From: Candidatus Bathyarchaeia archaeon
GTDB lineage: Archaea > Thermoproteota > Bathyarchaeia > Bathyarchaeales > Bathycorpusculaceae
Length of the DNA: 64,000 bases
Assembly (NCBI GenBank): GCA_038883715.1
Contig: JAVZLS010000002.1
Span: forward strand, 32,001-96,000
Reading direction: 5' to 3'
Shown: positions 37,302 to 47,220 of the stretch, piece after piece
Layout of the letters: each line of letters opens with the position of its first letter
Position numbering within the stretch: position 1 is the first letter of the stretch
Position numbers and translations under genes: made by a program
The notes under the pieces: model-generated
Told to the model about the DNA's origin: nothing
The model's input: the letters and a program-made list of their open reading frames with translations, nothing else
Database searches by the model: none

Positions 37302-38495
37302 TCACGTTTTGGTTTTTGAGTAGGCGTTAATGAGTAGAACCACCGCGGCGGCTTGTGTCAAAAGAACATATATTATCACGGCTAAATATGGAATTTTCAA
37401 TTCTGCCATCAAGCCATATACTGCCCCGCCAGCTAACATGCCAACACCATAAGCCGTGTTAAATATGCCATAGGCTGTTCCCCGCAAAGAAATTGGGGCA
37501 AAACCCGAAACAGCTGCGCGGTAAATGGACTCCTGCATTCCCAAAACTAAACCGAAAAAGGCTGCAGCCACAACAAGCATTGTTAAGTCTGCATTAGCCA
37601 TGGCAAAAAATGTTGGAAAAACCGACAGAATGAACGGCAGCACCAAAACTCTAATCTTGAACCTGTCGTAGGCGAATCCCGCAAAAAGTGCTGTTGGCGC
37701 GTCCACCCCCTGTATCAGCATGTAGATTAGGGGGACAATCCACAACTGGTTCGTCGGCTTTAGAATTTCTGTCGCCTTGAGAAGTATAAGCTCGAAGGGT
37801 ATAAGCCCAACAGTGTTCAGTAAAACAGCCGAAGTGTAAACGTAAAAATCTCTTCCAAGTTTTTCTTCACCCTTTTCTATTCTAGCCTCTGCTGGTTCTG
37901 CGGTTTTTCTCCAACCGACTTTCCTAAACGTGTAGGCTAGGAATGCCATAAGCATGATGAAGGGCAACGCTAGAAGACTGAAGGTTAAATTGTAATTGTT
38001 GCTGGTGTAGAACATTAAGCCAGCCACAATGAGGGGACCCAAAATGGCGCCAATTTGGTCTAATAGTTCATGGATTCCGAAGGCTTTTCCAGCGCCAACC
38101 CCTCGGCTTACAATTGATAGCACGGCGTCTCTCGCCGGCGACCTAATGGCTTTTCCAATTCTTTCAAGAAGCACCAAGATTATTGCTATTTCCCAAATTC
38201 TTGTCACTCCCAAAAGCGGTATTGATACAATAAGCCCGTATCCCAAAAATATGAAAAGCCAGTAAGCCCTCGTGGTGTCTGCGAGGCTCCCGCTTACAAG
38301 CCTTAAGGCGTATCCCAAAAACTCCCCAAATCTGCCGAAAAAGGCTATGGCAAAGGCGGAGGCTCCAAGAAATTCTAGGTATGGTGTAACAATCCCCCTT
38401 GAACCCTCATAGACAACGTCTCCCATGAGGCTCACTATTCCGAGAAGGAGAATAGCCACGTAGGCTTTTTTCGCATTCACTAAGCCATTTTTCAT
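37302..38495 (-). CDS. MFS transporter
   Basis: About 12 TM; ERIGKAIRSPARD, DQIGAILGP. Confidence 0.9.
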   Translation of the reverse strand: MKNGLVNAKKAYVAILLLGIVSLMGDVVYEGSRGIVTPYLEFLGASAFAIAFFGRFGEFLGYALRLVSGSLADTTRAYWLFIFLGYGLIVSIPLLGVTRIWEIAIILVLLERIGKAIRSPARDAVLSIVSRGVGAGKAFGIHELLDQIGAILGPLIVAGLMFYTSNNYNLTFSLLALPFIMLMAFLAYTFRKVGWRKTAEPAEARIEKGEEKLGRDFYVYTSAVLLNTVGLIPFELILLKATEILKPTNQLWIVPLIYMLIQGVDAPTALFAGFAYDRFKIRVLVLPFILSVFPTFFAMANADLTMLVVAAAFFGLVLGMQESIYRAAVSGFAPISLRGTAYGIFNTAYGVGMLAGGAVYGLMAELKIPYLAVIIYVLLTQAAAVVLLINAYSKTKT

Positions 38496-38526
38496 TATGT
38501 TTTCCTGCTAAGAGTAGCCCTTTAAT

Positions 38527-38994
38527 CTAGGCTGAAGTTAAGAGTTTCGCTATCCTCTCAAGCCACTCCTTATCTTTCTCGTCAAAACTGCCATATTCCT
38601 CGCTGTCAACATCAAGAACAGCCACAACATCGCCCTTCTCGCCGAATACTGGCACGGCAATTTCAGACTTTGAACGGGGGTCACATGCGATATGTCCTGG
38701 AAACTCGTGAACATTTGGCACAATAATGGTTTTCCCGCTTTTGGCGCATTTCCCGCAAACACCAGTGTAGGCTATTCTTGCGCATGCTGGCGGTCCCTTT
38801 GATGGACCAAGCTCCAACCAATCCTTCTTGGGAATATAAAATCCAACCCAAAAATAGTATGGGATTTTCTCCTTCAAAACGCTGCATACAAGTGCCATTC
38901 TTTCTTCAAAGGATTTTCCCCTAACTCCTTTCTTTATAGCTTCGAAGCATTCGCTGTAAGTTTTCTCTTTTGCATTATGTTCCATCATGTTCAC
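38527..38994 (-). CDS. msrC: GAF-domain free methionine-R-sulfoxide reductase
   Basis: WVGFY, GPPAC, GVCG, FPGHIACD..SKSEI. Confidence 0.85.
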   Translation of the reverse strand: MNMMEHNAKEKTYSECFEAIKKGVRGKSFEERMALVCSVLKEKIPYYFWVGFYIPKKDWLELGPSKGPPACARIAYTGVCGKCAKSGKTIIVPNVHEFPGHIACDPRSKSEIAVPVFGEKGDVVAVLDVDSEEYGSFDEKDKEWLERIAKLLTSA

Positions 38995-39096
38995 TCAACT
39001 TTTAGGTTGGCGAATTTAAAACATGTTTTGATTGGATAAAGCTTTTATTGATGCTCCTGGTTTAGTTTGGCAAATGCCCATAAAAGATGATGTGAA

Positions 39097-39798
39097 ATGG
39101 CTTTGCAGAAAGGCGACTTCATACTGTTAGATTACGTGGCAAAGGTAAAAGAGACAGGAGAAGTCTTCGACACCACAATTGAGGAGGTAGCCAAAAAAGA
39201 ACGCCTCTACAAAGAGGGCGAAATCTACGAGCCAAAACTCGTTGTTATAGGCGAGGGCTGGGTCCTAAAGGCTTTGGATGAAAGCCTAACAAACATGGAA
39301 GTTGGAAAAACTGAAACTGTGGAGATACCGCCAGAAAAAGCCTTTGGAGCAAGAGACCCAGAAAAAGTTAAGCGAGTTCCTCTTAGGCACTTGACGGCTA
39401 AGGGCATAACCCCAACCCTTGGAATGCGCCTCGAATACGACGGTAAAATGGCAACTGTTAGGGCTATTGGCGCTGGTCGCGTCCTTTTAGACTTTAATCC
39501 TCCATTGGCTGGAAAGACCCTTGTTTACGAGGTTACGGTCAAGAAGAAGCTTGAAACGCCAGAAGAGAAGATAGCCGCCCTAATTCACCGTAGAATACCA
39601 ACAGTTGAGGCTGAAAAGTTCAAGTTCACCATTAAAGCGAAAAACGTTGGCATAGAAATGCCTGAAGAAGCCTTCTACTTAGAAGGAATTCAAGTTGCAA
39701 AGCGTGGCATAGCCCTAGACATACAGAAGTTCTTCCCGGAAATAACAGCCGTAAAATTCACGGAAACCTTCAAGGCGGAACCAAAGGCAAAAGCCTAA
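39097..39798 (+). CDS. slyD: Long-type archaeal FKBP peptidyl-prolyl isomerase
   Basis: GEVFDTT, IPPEKAFG, DFNPPLAGKTL. Confidence 0.92.
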   Translation: MALQKGDFILLDYVAKVKETGEVFDTTIEEVAKKERLYKEGEIYEPKLVVIGEGWVLKALDESLTNMEVGKTETVEIPPEKAFGARDPEKVKRVPLRHLTAKGITPTLGMRLEYDGKMATVRAIGAGRVLLDFNPPLAGKTLVYEVTVKKKLETPEEKIAALIHRRIPTVEAEKFKFTIKAKNVGIEMPEEAFYLEGIQVAKRGIALDIQKFFPEITAVKFTETFKAEPKAKA

Positions 39799-40859
39799 AC
39801 AACCCCGGTTATTTTCGCAATTCTTTCGCATTCTTCAAGGCTTAGGTCTAACTTGTTAAGGATTGTGTAGCGTTCAGGTCTTATTGATGATGCCATAAAC
39901 AAGGCTTTAACCGCATCGTCTTTCGCCAAACCAAGTTCGTAGGCGTTGGTTGGCGCTCCAACTGTTTTTAGGGTTTCCCTTATGCGCTTCCAGTCTGTGC
40001 CATGCAGATAAGCCATAATAATTGTTCCTATACCGCACTGCTCGCCGTGAAGGGCGTTGTTAGGCTTTATGAGGTCTAGGGCGTGGCTGAACAAGTGTTC
40101 TGCACCGCTGCATGGGCGGCTGCTCCCAGCAATGCTCATGGCTACTCCACAGCTTATTAGGGCTTCGAGAAGCACGCGCAAGCCTTCCTCGTTTTCTGGT
40201 TTTATAAGGCTGGCGTTTCGCATCACGAGCCTCGCGCTCATTAGGGCTAGGCTTGCGGCGTACTCCCCATAATACTCGTTCTTATCCATGCTTGCAAGCT
40301 TCCAGTCTCTCACAGCTGTGAACTTTGCAATGACGTCTCCGCAACCACTTGCAATAAAACGGTGAGGCGTCTGTGCAATTATTTTTGTGTCAGCTATTAT
40401 GGCTACCGGGGCTTGAGCCATTACCGAAAAAGGTTTTTCAAGACCTTTAACAGACGACAATGGGCTTGCAATCCCATCATGAGAGGCTGTTGTTGGAACA
40501 CTTATGAAGGGCACCTTTTGCCGGGCAGAGCTTAACTTTGCAATGTCGATTTTTGTTCCACCGCCCACGCCAAAAACCACCTGAGGTTTTAAGGCTCTAA
40601 TTTCTTCTTCAACAGCTTCCACATCTTTTATGGTGGCTGACTCCACAATGAGCGTTTTGGCTTGTACTCCCTCTTTTTCAAGAATTTCCTCAACAATTTT
40701 CCCGGCAATGTTGTGGGTTTTCCTCCCAGTAATTACTAGGGCGGATTCCGTGAAACCCAGCCTTCTGGATATTTCTGCAGTTTGTTCTATTACGCCTTCT
40801 CCGACAATAACCTCCCTTGGAAGCTGCATCCAGTGGCGTTTTAAAGGCAAACCAATCAC
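39795..40859 (-). CDS. egsA: sn-glycerol-1-phosphate dehydrogenase
   Basis: GVGGG..ID.AK, PTTASHDGIAS, SSRPCSGAEHLFSH, LHGEQCG, RPERYTIL. Confidence 0.96.
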   Translation of the reverse strand: MIGLPLKRHWMQLPREVIVGEGVIEQTAEISRRLGFTESALVITGRKTHNIAGKIVEEILEKEGVQAKTLIVESATIKDVEAVEEEIRALKPQVVFGVGGGTKIDIAKLSSARQKVPFISVPTTASHDGIASPLSSVKGLEKPFSVMAQAPVAIIADTKIIAQTPHRFIASGCGDVIAKFTAVRDWKLASMDKNEYYGEYAASLALMSARLVMRNASLIKPENEEGLRVLLEALISCGVAMSIAGSSRPCSGAEHLFSHALDLIKPNNALHGEQCGIGTIIMAYLHGTDWKRIRETLKTVGAPTNAYELGLAKDDAVKALFMASSIRPERYTILNKLDLSLEECERIAKITGVV

Positions 40860-40997
40860 TTGCTGAGACTTTTCCTCTCAAATGATATGATTGTGGCTCT
40901 TAAAACCCTTTTTCAAAGCAACGCTTCAGCCTGGTATTTTAACTATGAATTTTAGTTTCATAACCGATAAGAATCCAGAATTTAAAACCCTATCATC

Positions 40998-41159
40998 ATG
41001 TCTGATAGGGCGACGATTGAGAAGGGAAAATGTAAACATTGCTGTATGAGGTGCGGCAAGGAAATATCAAAGGATGAGTATGAAGAGTTCGATGGTTTCT
41101 GCGAAGAGTGCTATTGGGCGGAGGAAGACGAGCTAACAGAAGAAGAGGACATAATCTAG
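40998..41159 (+). CDS. Putative 53-aa zinc-finger micro-protein (below ORF-track cut-off)
   Basis: Manual translation MSDRATIEKGKCKHCCMRCGKEISKDEYEEFDGFCEECYWAEEDELTEEEDII; CxxCG...CxxC and an acidic tail. Confidence 0.7.
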   Translation: MSDRATIEKGKCKHCCMRCGKEISKDEYEEFDGFCEECYWAEEDELTEEEDII

Positions 41160-41276
41160 AGGCTTTAAAACGTTTATAGATGAATTGCATTTTCGAAGCG
41201 TAATATTAATAAGCTTCATGGCGTGATTAAATGATGCTACTTCCTAGCGAAGTAAATTTGGCGATGTGTTTAGGTT

Positions 41277-41936
41277 TTGGGAGAAATGCGTAAAATGTTA
41301 AACAGCAACGTAGTTGATAAGTTGACGTTGAAGGGAACGACAACCATAGGGGTTGTCTGCAAAGATGGAGTAATCCTAGCCTCGGACACCCGTGTAACCA
41401 TGGGATTCTATGTAGCCCACAAACATGGGAAGAAAATATACAAGATAGACGACCACATGGCGATGACCATTGCTGGAACAGTCGCTGACGCCCAAAGAAC
41501 AGTGGACATTTTAACGGCTAACGCCCAACTTTACAAGATAAACATGGGAAGACCAATGCCCATAAGCTCAGCGGCAAGGCTAATGGCAAACCTCCTATTC
41601 TCAACCCGGTACATACCACTAGCAACCCAAGTCCTAATAGGCGGCGTCGACGACACTGGACCTCATGTCTTCTCCATAGACCCCTTCGGAAGCCTAACTG
41701 AGGAGAAATGCGTTGCCACCGGTTCCGGCTCTCCAATAGCCTACGGCGTTTTGGAGGACAAGTTCCGAGAGGGCATGTCAGTGGCTGAAGCTTTACCAAT
41801 AATTATTAGGGCCGTTGACTCAGCCATGAAAAGGGACTCAGCTAGCGGAGACAGCTTTAACGTGGCAGTTGTAGACGCTAACGGTTATAGAGAATTAACA
41901 GAAGAGGAGAAGAGGAAACTTTTAGCTGCAAACTAG
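41277..41936 (+). CDS. psmB: Proteasome beta subunit
   Basis: Propeptide + KG|TTTIG, GSGS, RDSASG. Confidence 0.97.
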   Translation: MGEMRKMLNSNVVDKLTLKGTTTIGVVCKDGVILASDTRVTMGFYVAHKHGKKIYKIDDHMAMTIAGTVADAQRTVDILTANAQLYKINMGRPMPISSAARLMANLLFSTRYIPLATQVLIGGVDDTGPHVFSIDPFGSLTEEKCVATGSGSPIAYGVLEDKFREGMSVAEALPIIIRAVDSAMKRDSASGDSFNVAVVDANGYRELTEEEKRKLLAAN

Positions 41937-41954
41937 AAAAGGGAAGTCTAAAAG

Positions 41955-43874
41955 TTGGCGCCCAACACTGAAAGGGAGAAAATCGAAATAAGTAAATACA
42001 TACTTGAGCATGTCCCAAAAGAGGCTGAAGTCACAAGGGTAGAATATGAAGGCCCAATGCTGGCGGTCTACGCAAAAAGACCGGAAATCCTCGTGGAGCA
42101 GAGCAGCCTAATCGCAGACATAGTAAACGTCATCAGAAAAAGAATAGTCGTCCGCTCAGACCCATCTGTAAGGCTTCCAGAGAAAGAAGCAGAGAAAATA
42201 GCTCGAGAAATAATTCCGCCAGAGGCTGAAGTCACAGACGTGTACTTTGATCCAAGTCTTGGCGAAATAATCATTGAGGCTAAAAAGCCGGGGCTAGTCA
42301 TTGGAAAAAATGGGGCTGTCTTGCAGGAAATTATAAAGAGGACAAAGTGGCGCCCCCATGTTTTGAGAAGCCCACCGCTTCGCTCTAAGATTATTGCGCA
42401 CATGCGTCACTATCTCCATTCTGAGAGCAAGGAAAGGGAGCGGAACCTCCGCACATTTGGCGAAAGAATCTTCAGACCAAAAGTCTTCGAGGTCGGAGAT
42501 GTTCGAATCACGCCCTTAGGCGGCGTTCAAGAGGTTGGACGCTCGGCTTTTCTTGTGCAGACAAGAGAAAGCAACATCCTCTTGGACTGCGGCATAAATC
42601 CGGGCTCGTCGAAGCCTTTTGAGGCTTTTCCAAGGTTTGACCATCCAGCTTTCGAGATAGACTCGCTGGACGCTGTTGTTATAAGCCACGCCCACCTCGA
42701 CCACTGCGGCTTAGTGCCATTCCTATACAAGTATGGCTACGAAGGCCCCGTTTACTGTTCCGCTCCAACATCCAACCTCATGACCCTGCTTCAGCTTGAC
42801 TATTTAGATGTGGCTAGCAAGCAGGGTATAATCCCGCCCTATGACCAAAAGGATGTTCGAGAATGCGTCCTTCACACGATTCCGCTTCGTTACGGCGTTG
42901 TAACGGATATTGCCCCAGACGTGCGGCTGACACTGCATAATGCCGGGCACATTTTAGGCTCTTCAATAGTGCATTTGCACATTGGCGAAGGCTTGCACAA
43001 CATTGTTTATACTGGTGACTACAAGTATGCGCGAACCATGCTTCTAGAGGCGGCAACAGCCGAATTTCCAAGAGTTGAAACTGTCATAACTGAAAGCACT
43101 TATGGCGGTTCGGAGGACATAATGCCTTCAAGGGTTGAGGCTGAAGAACGTCTAACAAAAATAGTAAATGAAACCCTAGAGAAAAGAGGCAAGGTCTTAA
43201 TTCCAGTTCCAGCTGTTGGCAGAGCGCAAGAAATAATGCTTGTTTTGGACGGCTACATGAAGCGTGGGCTGATGAAGGAGGCTCCAGTCTTCATTGAAGG
43301 TATGATTTCTGAAGCTACGGCAATCCACACGGCTTATCCAGAATACTTGGGCAGGGAAGTCAGAAACAGCATCCTCCACGATGGGGTGAACCCCTTCGAG
43401 TCGGACTACTTCACAGTTGTTGAGCATCCAAGCGTTAGACAAAGCGTGATTGACGGAGAGCCGTGCATAATCATGGCTACTTCAGGCATGCTTGAGGGCG
43501 GACCAGTAATAGAATACTTCAAAAGCCTAGCAGAAAATGAGATAAACACTATAGTCTTTGTAAGCTACCAGATTGAGGGCACTTTAGGTAGACGTGTTCA
43601 AAAGGGCATAAACGAGGTGGCAATGATTGACAGCGAGGGCAAAATGAGTGTTGTAAAAGTGAGGATGCGTGTAGAATCCATAGAAGGCTTTTCGGGGCAC
43701 TCTGATAGGCGGCAGATAATAAACTACATAACACATCTGAAGCCTAGGCCAGAACGGGTAATAGTTTGCCACGGTGAGCGGGCAAAAATAGCCAGCATAT
43801 CCAATTTCATAGAGAAAAAGTGTGGAATCCAGAGCTTTGCGCCCGCGGTTATGGAAACAATTAGGCTGCTGTAG
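41955..43874 (+). CDS. fttA: aCPSF1/FttA beta-CASP ribonuclease (transcription termination)
   Basis: Two KH domains, HAHLDH, AGHILGS, FSGHSD, HGE; conserved next to psmB. Confidence 0.96.
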   Translation: MAPNTEREKIEISKYILEHVPKEAEVTRVEYEGPMLAVYAKRPEILVEQSSLIADIVNVIRKRIVVRSDPSVRLPEKEAEKIAREIIPPEAEVTDVYFDPSLGEIIIEAKKPGLVIGKNGAVLQEIIKRTKWRPHVLRSPPLRSKIIAHMRHYLHSESKERERNLRTFGERIFRPKVFEVGDVRITPLGGVQEVGRSAFLVQTRESNILLDCGINPGSSKPFEAFPRFDHPAFEIDSLDAVVISHAHLDHCGLVPFLYKYGYEGPVYCSAPTSNLMTLLQLDYLDVASKQGIIPPYDQKDVRECVLHTIPLRYGVVTDIAPDVRLTLHNAGHILGSSIVHLHIGEGLHNIVYTGDYKYARTMLLEAATAEFPRVETVITESTYGGSEDIMPSRVEAEERLTKIVNETLEKRGKVLIPVPAVGRAQEIMLVLDGYMKRGLMKEAPVFIEGMISEATAIHTAYPEYLGREVRNSILHDGVNPFESDYFTVVEHPSVRQSVIDGEPCIIMATSGMLEGGPVIEYFKSLAENEINTIVFVSYQIEGTLGRRVQKGINEVAMIDSEGKMSVVKVRMRVESIEGFSGHSDRRQIINYITHLKPRPERVIVCHGERAKIASISNFIEKKCGIQSFAPAVMETIRLL

Positions 43875-44232
43875 CTATAGGCTCGCTTGCCACCGGCGTT
43901 TTCTCTCTCCAAATTCTCACGTTAGGCGGACAAATAACCACACGTTCCTCGCCTAGGCGGGCTATGTCTCCGCCGACAGACTCAACAAACTCGCATAACT
44001 CGTTAACAGCCTTCTTAACATCGTCCACGCTCTTATTTGCGAGAGGAGTTATCCTAAGAATTAGTATGTTTCCGGAGCGCACCTCCTTCTTAACAACGTC
44101 CAAGTCGGATAAGTCTCGAAGGGGCATAGCCTTCAAGAAGGTTTTGCCGGGCTTCTCCTTGGCTTCCGTTTTCGGCGTTTCCGCCTTTCCCTCTTTCTTG
44201 TATTTGCGGAAGAGTTCACCTAAACCCGGCAA
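43861..44232 (-). CDS. sepF: Cell division protein SepF (archaeal type)
   Basis: N-terminal amphipathic helix, GNILIL, GGDIARL..RVVICP. Confidence 0.88.
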   Translation of the reverse strand: MPGLGELFRKYKKEGKAETPKTEAKEKPGKTFLKAMPLRDLSDLDVVKKEVRSGNILILRITPLANKSVDDVKKAVNELCEFVESVGGDIARLGEERVVICPPNVRIWREKTPVASEPIATAA

Positions 44233-44379
44233 ACTTCTCCTCTCTACTAAGCCCTTTATAACCTATTTACCCCTTTTAAGAGTTTAAGCGTTTCCTTATC
44301 GAATGGTGCTCTGAACCTAAAATACAGATTAGTGTTAATAGGTTTATGAATCTAAAATGTGGATTTGAACTTACTTTTG

Positions 44380-44886
44380 CTATGCACTTGCCAACTCCTT
44401 TATAGTTTTCCAGACTTTATCGCCAACGTAGTGGACGTTTTTGACCACAACGCCATGCTTAACTCCAGCAGCCTCCCCTGAGTTGTAAAGGATTTCGCCT
44501 ACAGCAATAGGCTTGCCATGTTTCTCATCCACAACCAAAGCCACGTCGCCTCTCAAAAATTCTCTTTCAAAGCGTAGAATTCCAGGAGCCATCACATCTG
44601 CGCCATTACAAATGTGAGGGACAGCCCCCATGTCCACGACAACCCTTGGCAAAAAACCGAAAACTTCTTTGAAAAGGAGGGTTGGGTAAACGTTTTCTCC
44701 GCTTTTGAAAAGTGCTGGTTCTCCATTTATGAGGTAAATCTCGCCAAAATCTGCTTCAACAACCTCCACTTTTGGAGTACTTGCAAAGCACTTTTTCAAA
44801 GCTATTTTCAGCCTTTTTGAGGCTTTTTCCAAAAGATTCCTAGCCTCTTTATCCTTTAGGAAATGCCTTTTAAACCTTTTAGACAT
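44380..44886 (-). CDS. DUF1947/PUA RNA-binding protein (MCT-1/Tma20-like)
   Basis: YPTL, VVVDMGAVPHICNGADVMAPGI, HYVGDKVW. Confidence 0.9.
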   Translation of the reverse strand: MSKRFKRHFLKDKEARNLLEKASKRLKIALKKCFASTPKVEVVEADFGEIYLINGEPALFKSGENVYPTLLFKEVFGFLPRVVVDMGAVPHICNGADVMAPGILRFEREFLRGDVALVVDEKHGKPIAVGEILYNSGEAAGVKHGVVVKNVHYVGDKVWKTIKELASA

Positions 44887-44967
44887 AGTTTTCCGCTTCT
44901 CGCTTAGATAGGTTTAAATGGTATAATTTAAGTATAAAAAGGGTAAATGTCTAATTGAGGTCTGCGA

Positions 44968-45195
44968 ATGAGCGAGATGACTACCGAAATCCTTGAGCAG
45001 AACCTTGGAAAAATAGTGCTTGTAAGGTTGAAGGGTGGAAAAAGCCTCAGGGGAAGATTGAAGGGCTTTGACCAACACTTAAACCTTGTTCTTGAGGATA
45101 CGGAAGACACGACGGATGCTGAAAACACTAAGAAGCTCGGCTTAATAATTGTCCGCGGAGACAACGTCGTTCTAATATCGCCGCCGCCTAGGTGA
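44968..45195 (+). CDS. Sm-like protein (SmAP1/Lsm)
   Basis: [17 protein letters not shown]; conserved upstream of eL37. Confidence 0.96.
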   Translation: MSEMTTEILEQNLGKIVLVRLKGGKSLRGRLKGFDQHLNLVLEDTEDTTDAENTKKLGLIIVRGDNVVLISPPPR

Positions 45196-45200
45196 AAATT

Positions 45201-45389
45201 TTGGGAAAGGGAACACCTTCCTTTGGGAAACGTGCTGGCAAAACGCTTCACATACGCTGTAGGCGTTGTGGAAGGAGAGCCTACAACGTTTCTAAAAAGC
45301 GGTGTGCTGCATGCGGCTATGGGGCGTCAACAACTATTAGGCGCTATTCTTGGCAGACTAAAAACCTTAACAGGGAAAGAATCCGCTAA
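45201..45389 (+). CDS. rpl37e: 50S ribosomal protein eL37
   Basis: [23 protein letters not shown]; start TTG 45201. Confidence 0.96.
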   Translation: MGKGTPSFGKRAGKTLHIRCRRCGRRAYNVSKKRCAACGYGASTTIRRYSWQTKNLNRERIR

Positions 45390-46000
45390 AACTCGTTGTT
45401 GTTATAGTAGCCCTTATCAATTCTGACGAATATGAGCGGTCCTTTGCTTCTTGTTAGTTCCCTAGCCTTGCGCAAAGTGTTGTTTACGACGTTTAGCACT
45501 TGTTCTTGATCGCTTGCGTACTTCCTCTTGTTTTCGCCTAACTCCATTTTTAGGAGGTTTTCAGCCAAAATTGCTGTTCCGCAGATTTCGCCGTTCTTGA
45601 TAAGGGTTGATATGACGACTTCTTGCATTTCTCTGCGGTTGGTAAGCCTCCTCCATATGGGTTCTGCATTGTTTAGGATTTTTGTCACTTTGTTCCACTT
45701 TTGGGCTTCCTCGTTGCCTATTAGAAGTTTTACCCTCTCCCCCCACTTTTTCAACCATATGCCAGTCCACAAGTCTATGAACTCTTCAAGCTCTTTAGGC
45801 TCTTTCTGATAGAACTCTTCAAGCTTGTCAGCGAGTTCAAACTCGTTCGCCTCCTTGCCCACAAGGTTCCAGTAAACCTTCAAATAGTTGGTGAAGTCTT
45901 GGCATGCTATCTGCAAAACCTTCCGGTCAGCGCCGAAAATATCCAGCATTGGATTTTTGCTCTTCAACTTCTCAGACAACAGTACCTCGATGAAATTCAT
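45386..46000 (-). CDS. Hypothetical soluble protein
   Basis: 204-aa open frame with typical codon usage; no motif recognised. Confidence 0.75.
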   Translation of the reverse strand: MNFIEVLLSEKLKSKNPMLDIFGADRKVLQIACQDFTNYLKVYWNLVGKEANEFELADKLEEFYQKEPKELEEFIDLWTGIWLKKWGERVKLLIGNEEAQKWNKVTKILNNAEPIWRRLTNRREMQEVVISTLIKNGEICGTAILAENLLKMELGENKRKYASDQEQVLNVVNNTLRKARELTRSKGPLIFVRIDKGYYNNNEF

Positions 46001-46121
46001 TGTTTTCGAAGCCCTCTCCGCTCTAATACTAAGATTAAAGTTTTAATTAAGCTTTATTTATGGTTGCTTCTATAACATTCTTAAGTAATTTTCAACCATA
46101 TTGCATGTTCCGTAATATTCC

Positions 46122-46772
46122 CTAACAAAGAAATTTTGGGAGCTCGCTGAAGTCCCTAATGATTAGGTCAGGCTTTTCATTTTCTAATTCTTCCCTCGTG
46201 AATATTCCGGACAAGACGGCGACCGTTTTCGCACCAGCATTTTTTCCAGCCTTAATATCTGCGACGGAATCGCCTACGATAGCACATTCGCCTACTTTAA
46301 CGCCTATCCGCTCAGCGCAGTCAACCAGCGCCTTAGGAGAAGGCTTCGGAAATCTCGTGTTCAATGCTGTCACAACACATTGGAAATATTTGGCTAAGCC
46401 CACCTTCTCCAGCCACTTTCCAATATTTTCGCATGGGACATAACGCATTGTTAATAGTGCAAGCCTAGCCTTTCTTGAAAGCATCTCAAGAGTTTTCTGC
46501 GTGTTTGGCAATAGTTTTGCCTTGTCTTCAGCAATCCTATAATAAGCCTCAAGATAGGCTTCTAGAAATTTTTCAATGTTTATTTTTGGCAATAAATCCT
46601 TTATTGGTAGGTTCTGCTCTAGTCTTCTCGGAATCTCTAAAATCAAGCTGGGGTTAAACTCTTTTACGCCAAGCTTTTCTAGGGCTTTTGCTAGGGCTTC
46701 GTGGTAGGCTTCTCTTGAATCTACAAGTGTGCCGTCCAAGTCTATGATTATCCCTTTAACTTTCAGCTTCAT
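46122..46772 (-). CDS. HAD-superfamily hydrolase (phosphoglycolate phosphatase-like)
   Basis: DLDGTL, KPSP, VGDSVADI. Confidence 0.92.
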   Translation of the reverse strand: MKLKVKGIIIDLDGTLVDSREAYHEALAKALEKLGVKEFNPSLILEIPRRLEQNLPIKDLLPKINIEKFLEAYLEAYYRIAEDKAKLLPNTQKTLEMLSRKARLALLTMRYVPCENIGKWLEKVGLAKYFQCVVTALNTRFPKPSPKALVDCAERIGVKVGECAIVGDSVADIKAGKNAGAKTVAVLSGIFTREELENEKPDLIIRDFSELPKFLC

Positions 46773-46893
46773 TCCTCTGCCTCTTTTGCCAGTTTACGCG
46801 CCTCTTGTTTCGATAAGTTTTTATCTATGGTTTATTGTCTAAAAGGATACCCGCTAAAAAGTATAAAAGGTTGAAGGTTTGGAGTATTAGGCT

Positions 46894-47202
46894 ATGGTTA
46901 GGAAGGCGCGGATACGCTTAACAAGCACAGACTACAAGAAGCTTGAGGAAGTGTGCCAAGAGCTTAAGGCAATAGCTGAAAAGACAGGGGTGAAAATGGT
47001 TGGGCCTATCCCATTGCCAACCAAGAGGCTTAAGGTTCCAGTTTTGAAGTCTCCATGCGGCGAAGGAACATCCACATGGGACAAGTGGGAGCTGCGCATC
47101 CACAAACGCTTGGTGGACATTGACGCTGAAGAACGTGCCATGAGAAGGATTATGCGTATCCGTGTCCCGGAGGAAGTGCACGTAACAATAGAGCTTCTCT
47201 AG
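46894..47202 (+). CDS. rps10: 30S ribosomal protein uS10
   Basis: [27 protein letters not shown]. Confidence 0.98.
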   Translation: MVRKARIRLTSTDYKKLEEVCQELKAIAEKTGVKMVGPIPLPTKRLKVPVLKSPCGEGTSTWDKWELRIHKRLVDIDAEERAMRRIMRIRVPEEVHVTIELL

Positions 47203-47220
47203 TTTTATGTTTCGTGCCTT

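Noticed and set aside
40926-40999. Second possible box C/D RNA on the minus strand (AUGAUGA ... ACCAGG-CUGA), with a short match to tRNA D-loop CCUGGUA
   Set aside because: It is very AT-rich, has no convincing C'/D' boxes, shows only 7-8 nt of complementarity, and overlaps the promoter/start of the small zinc-finger ORF.
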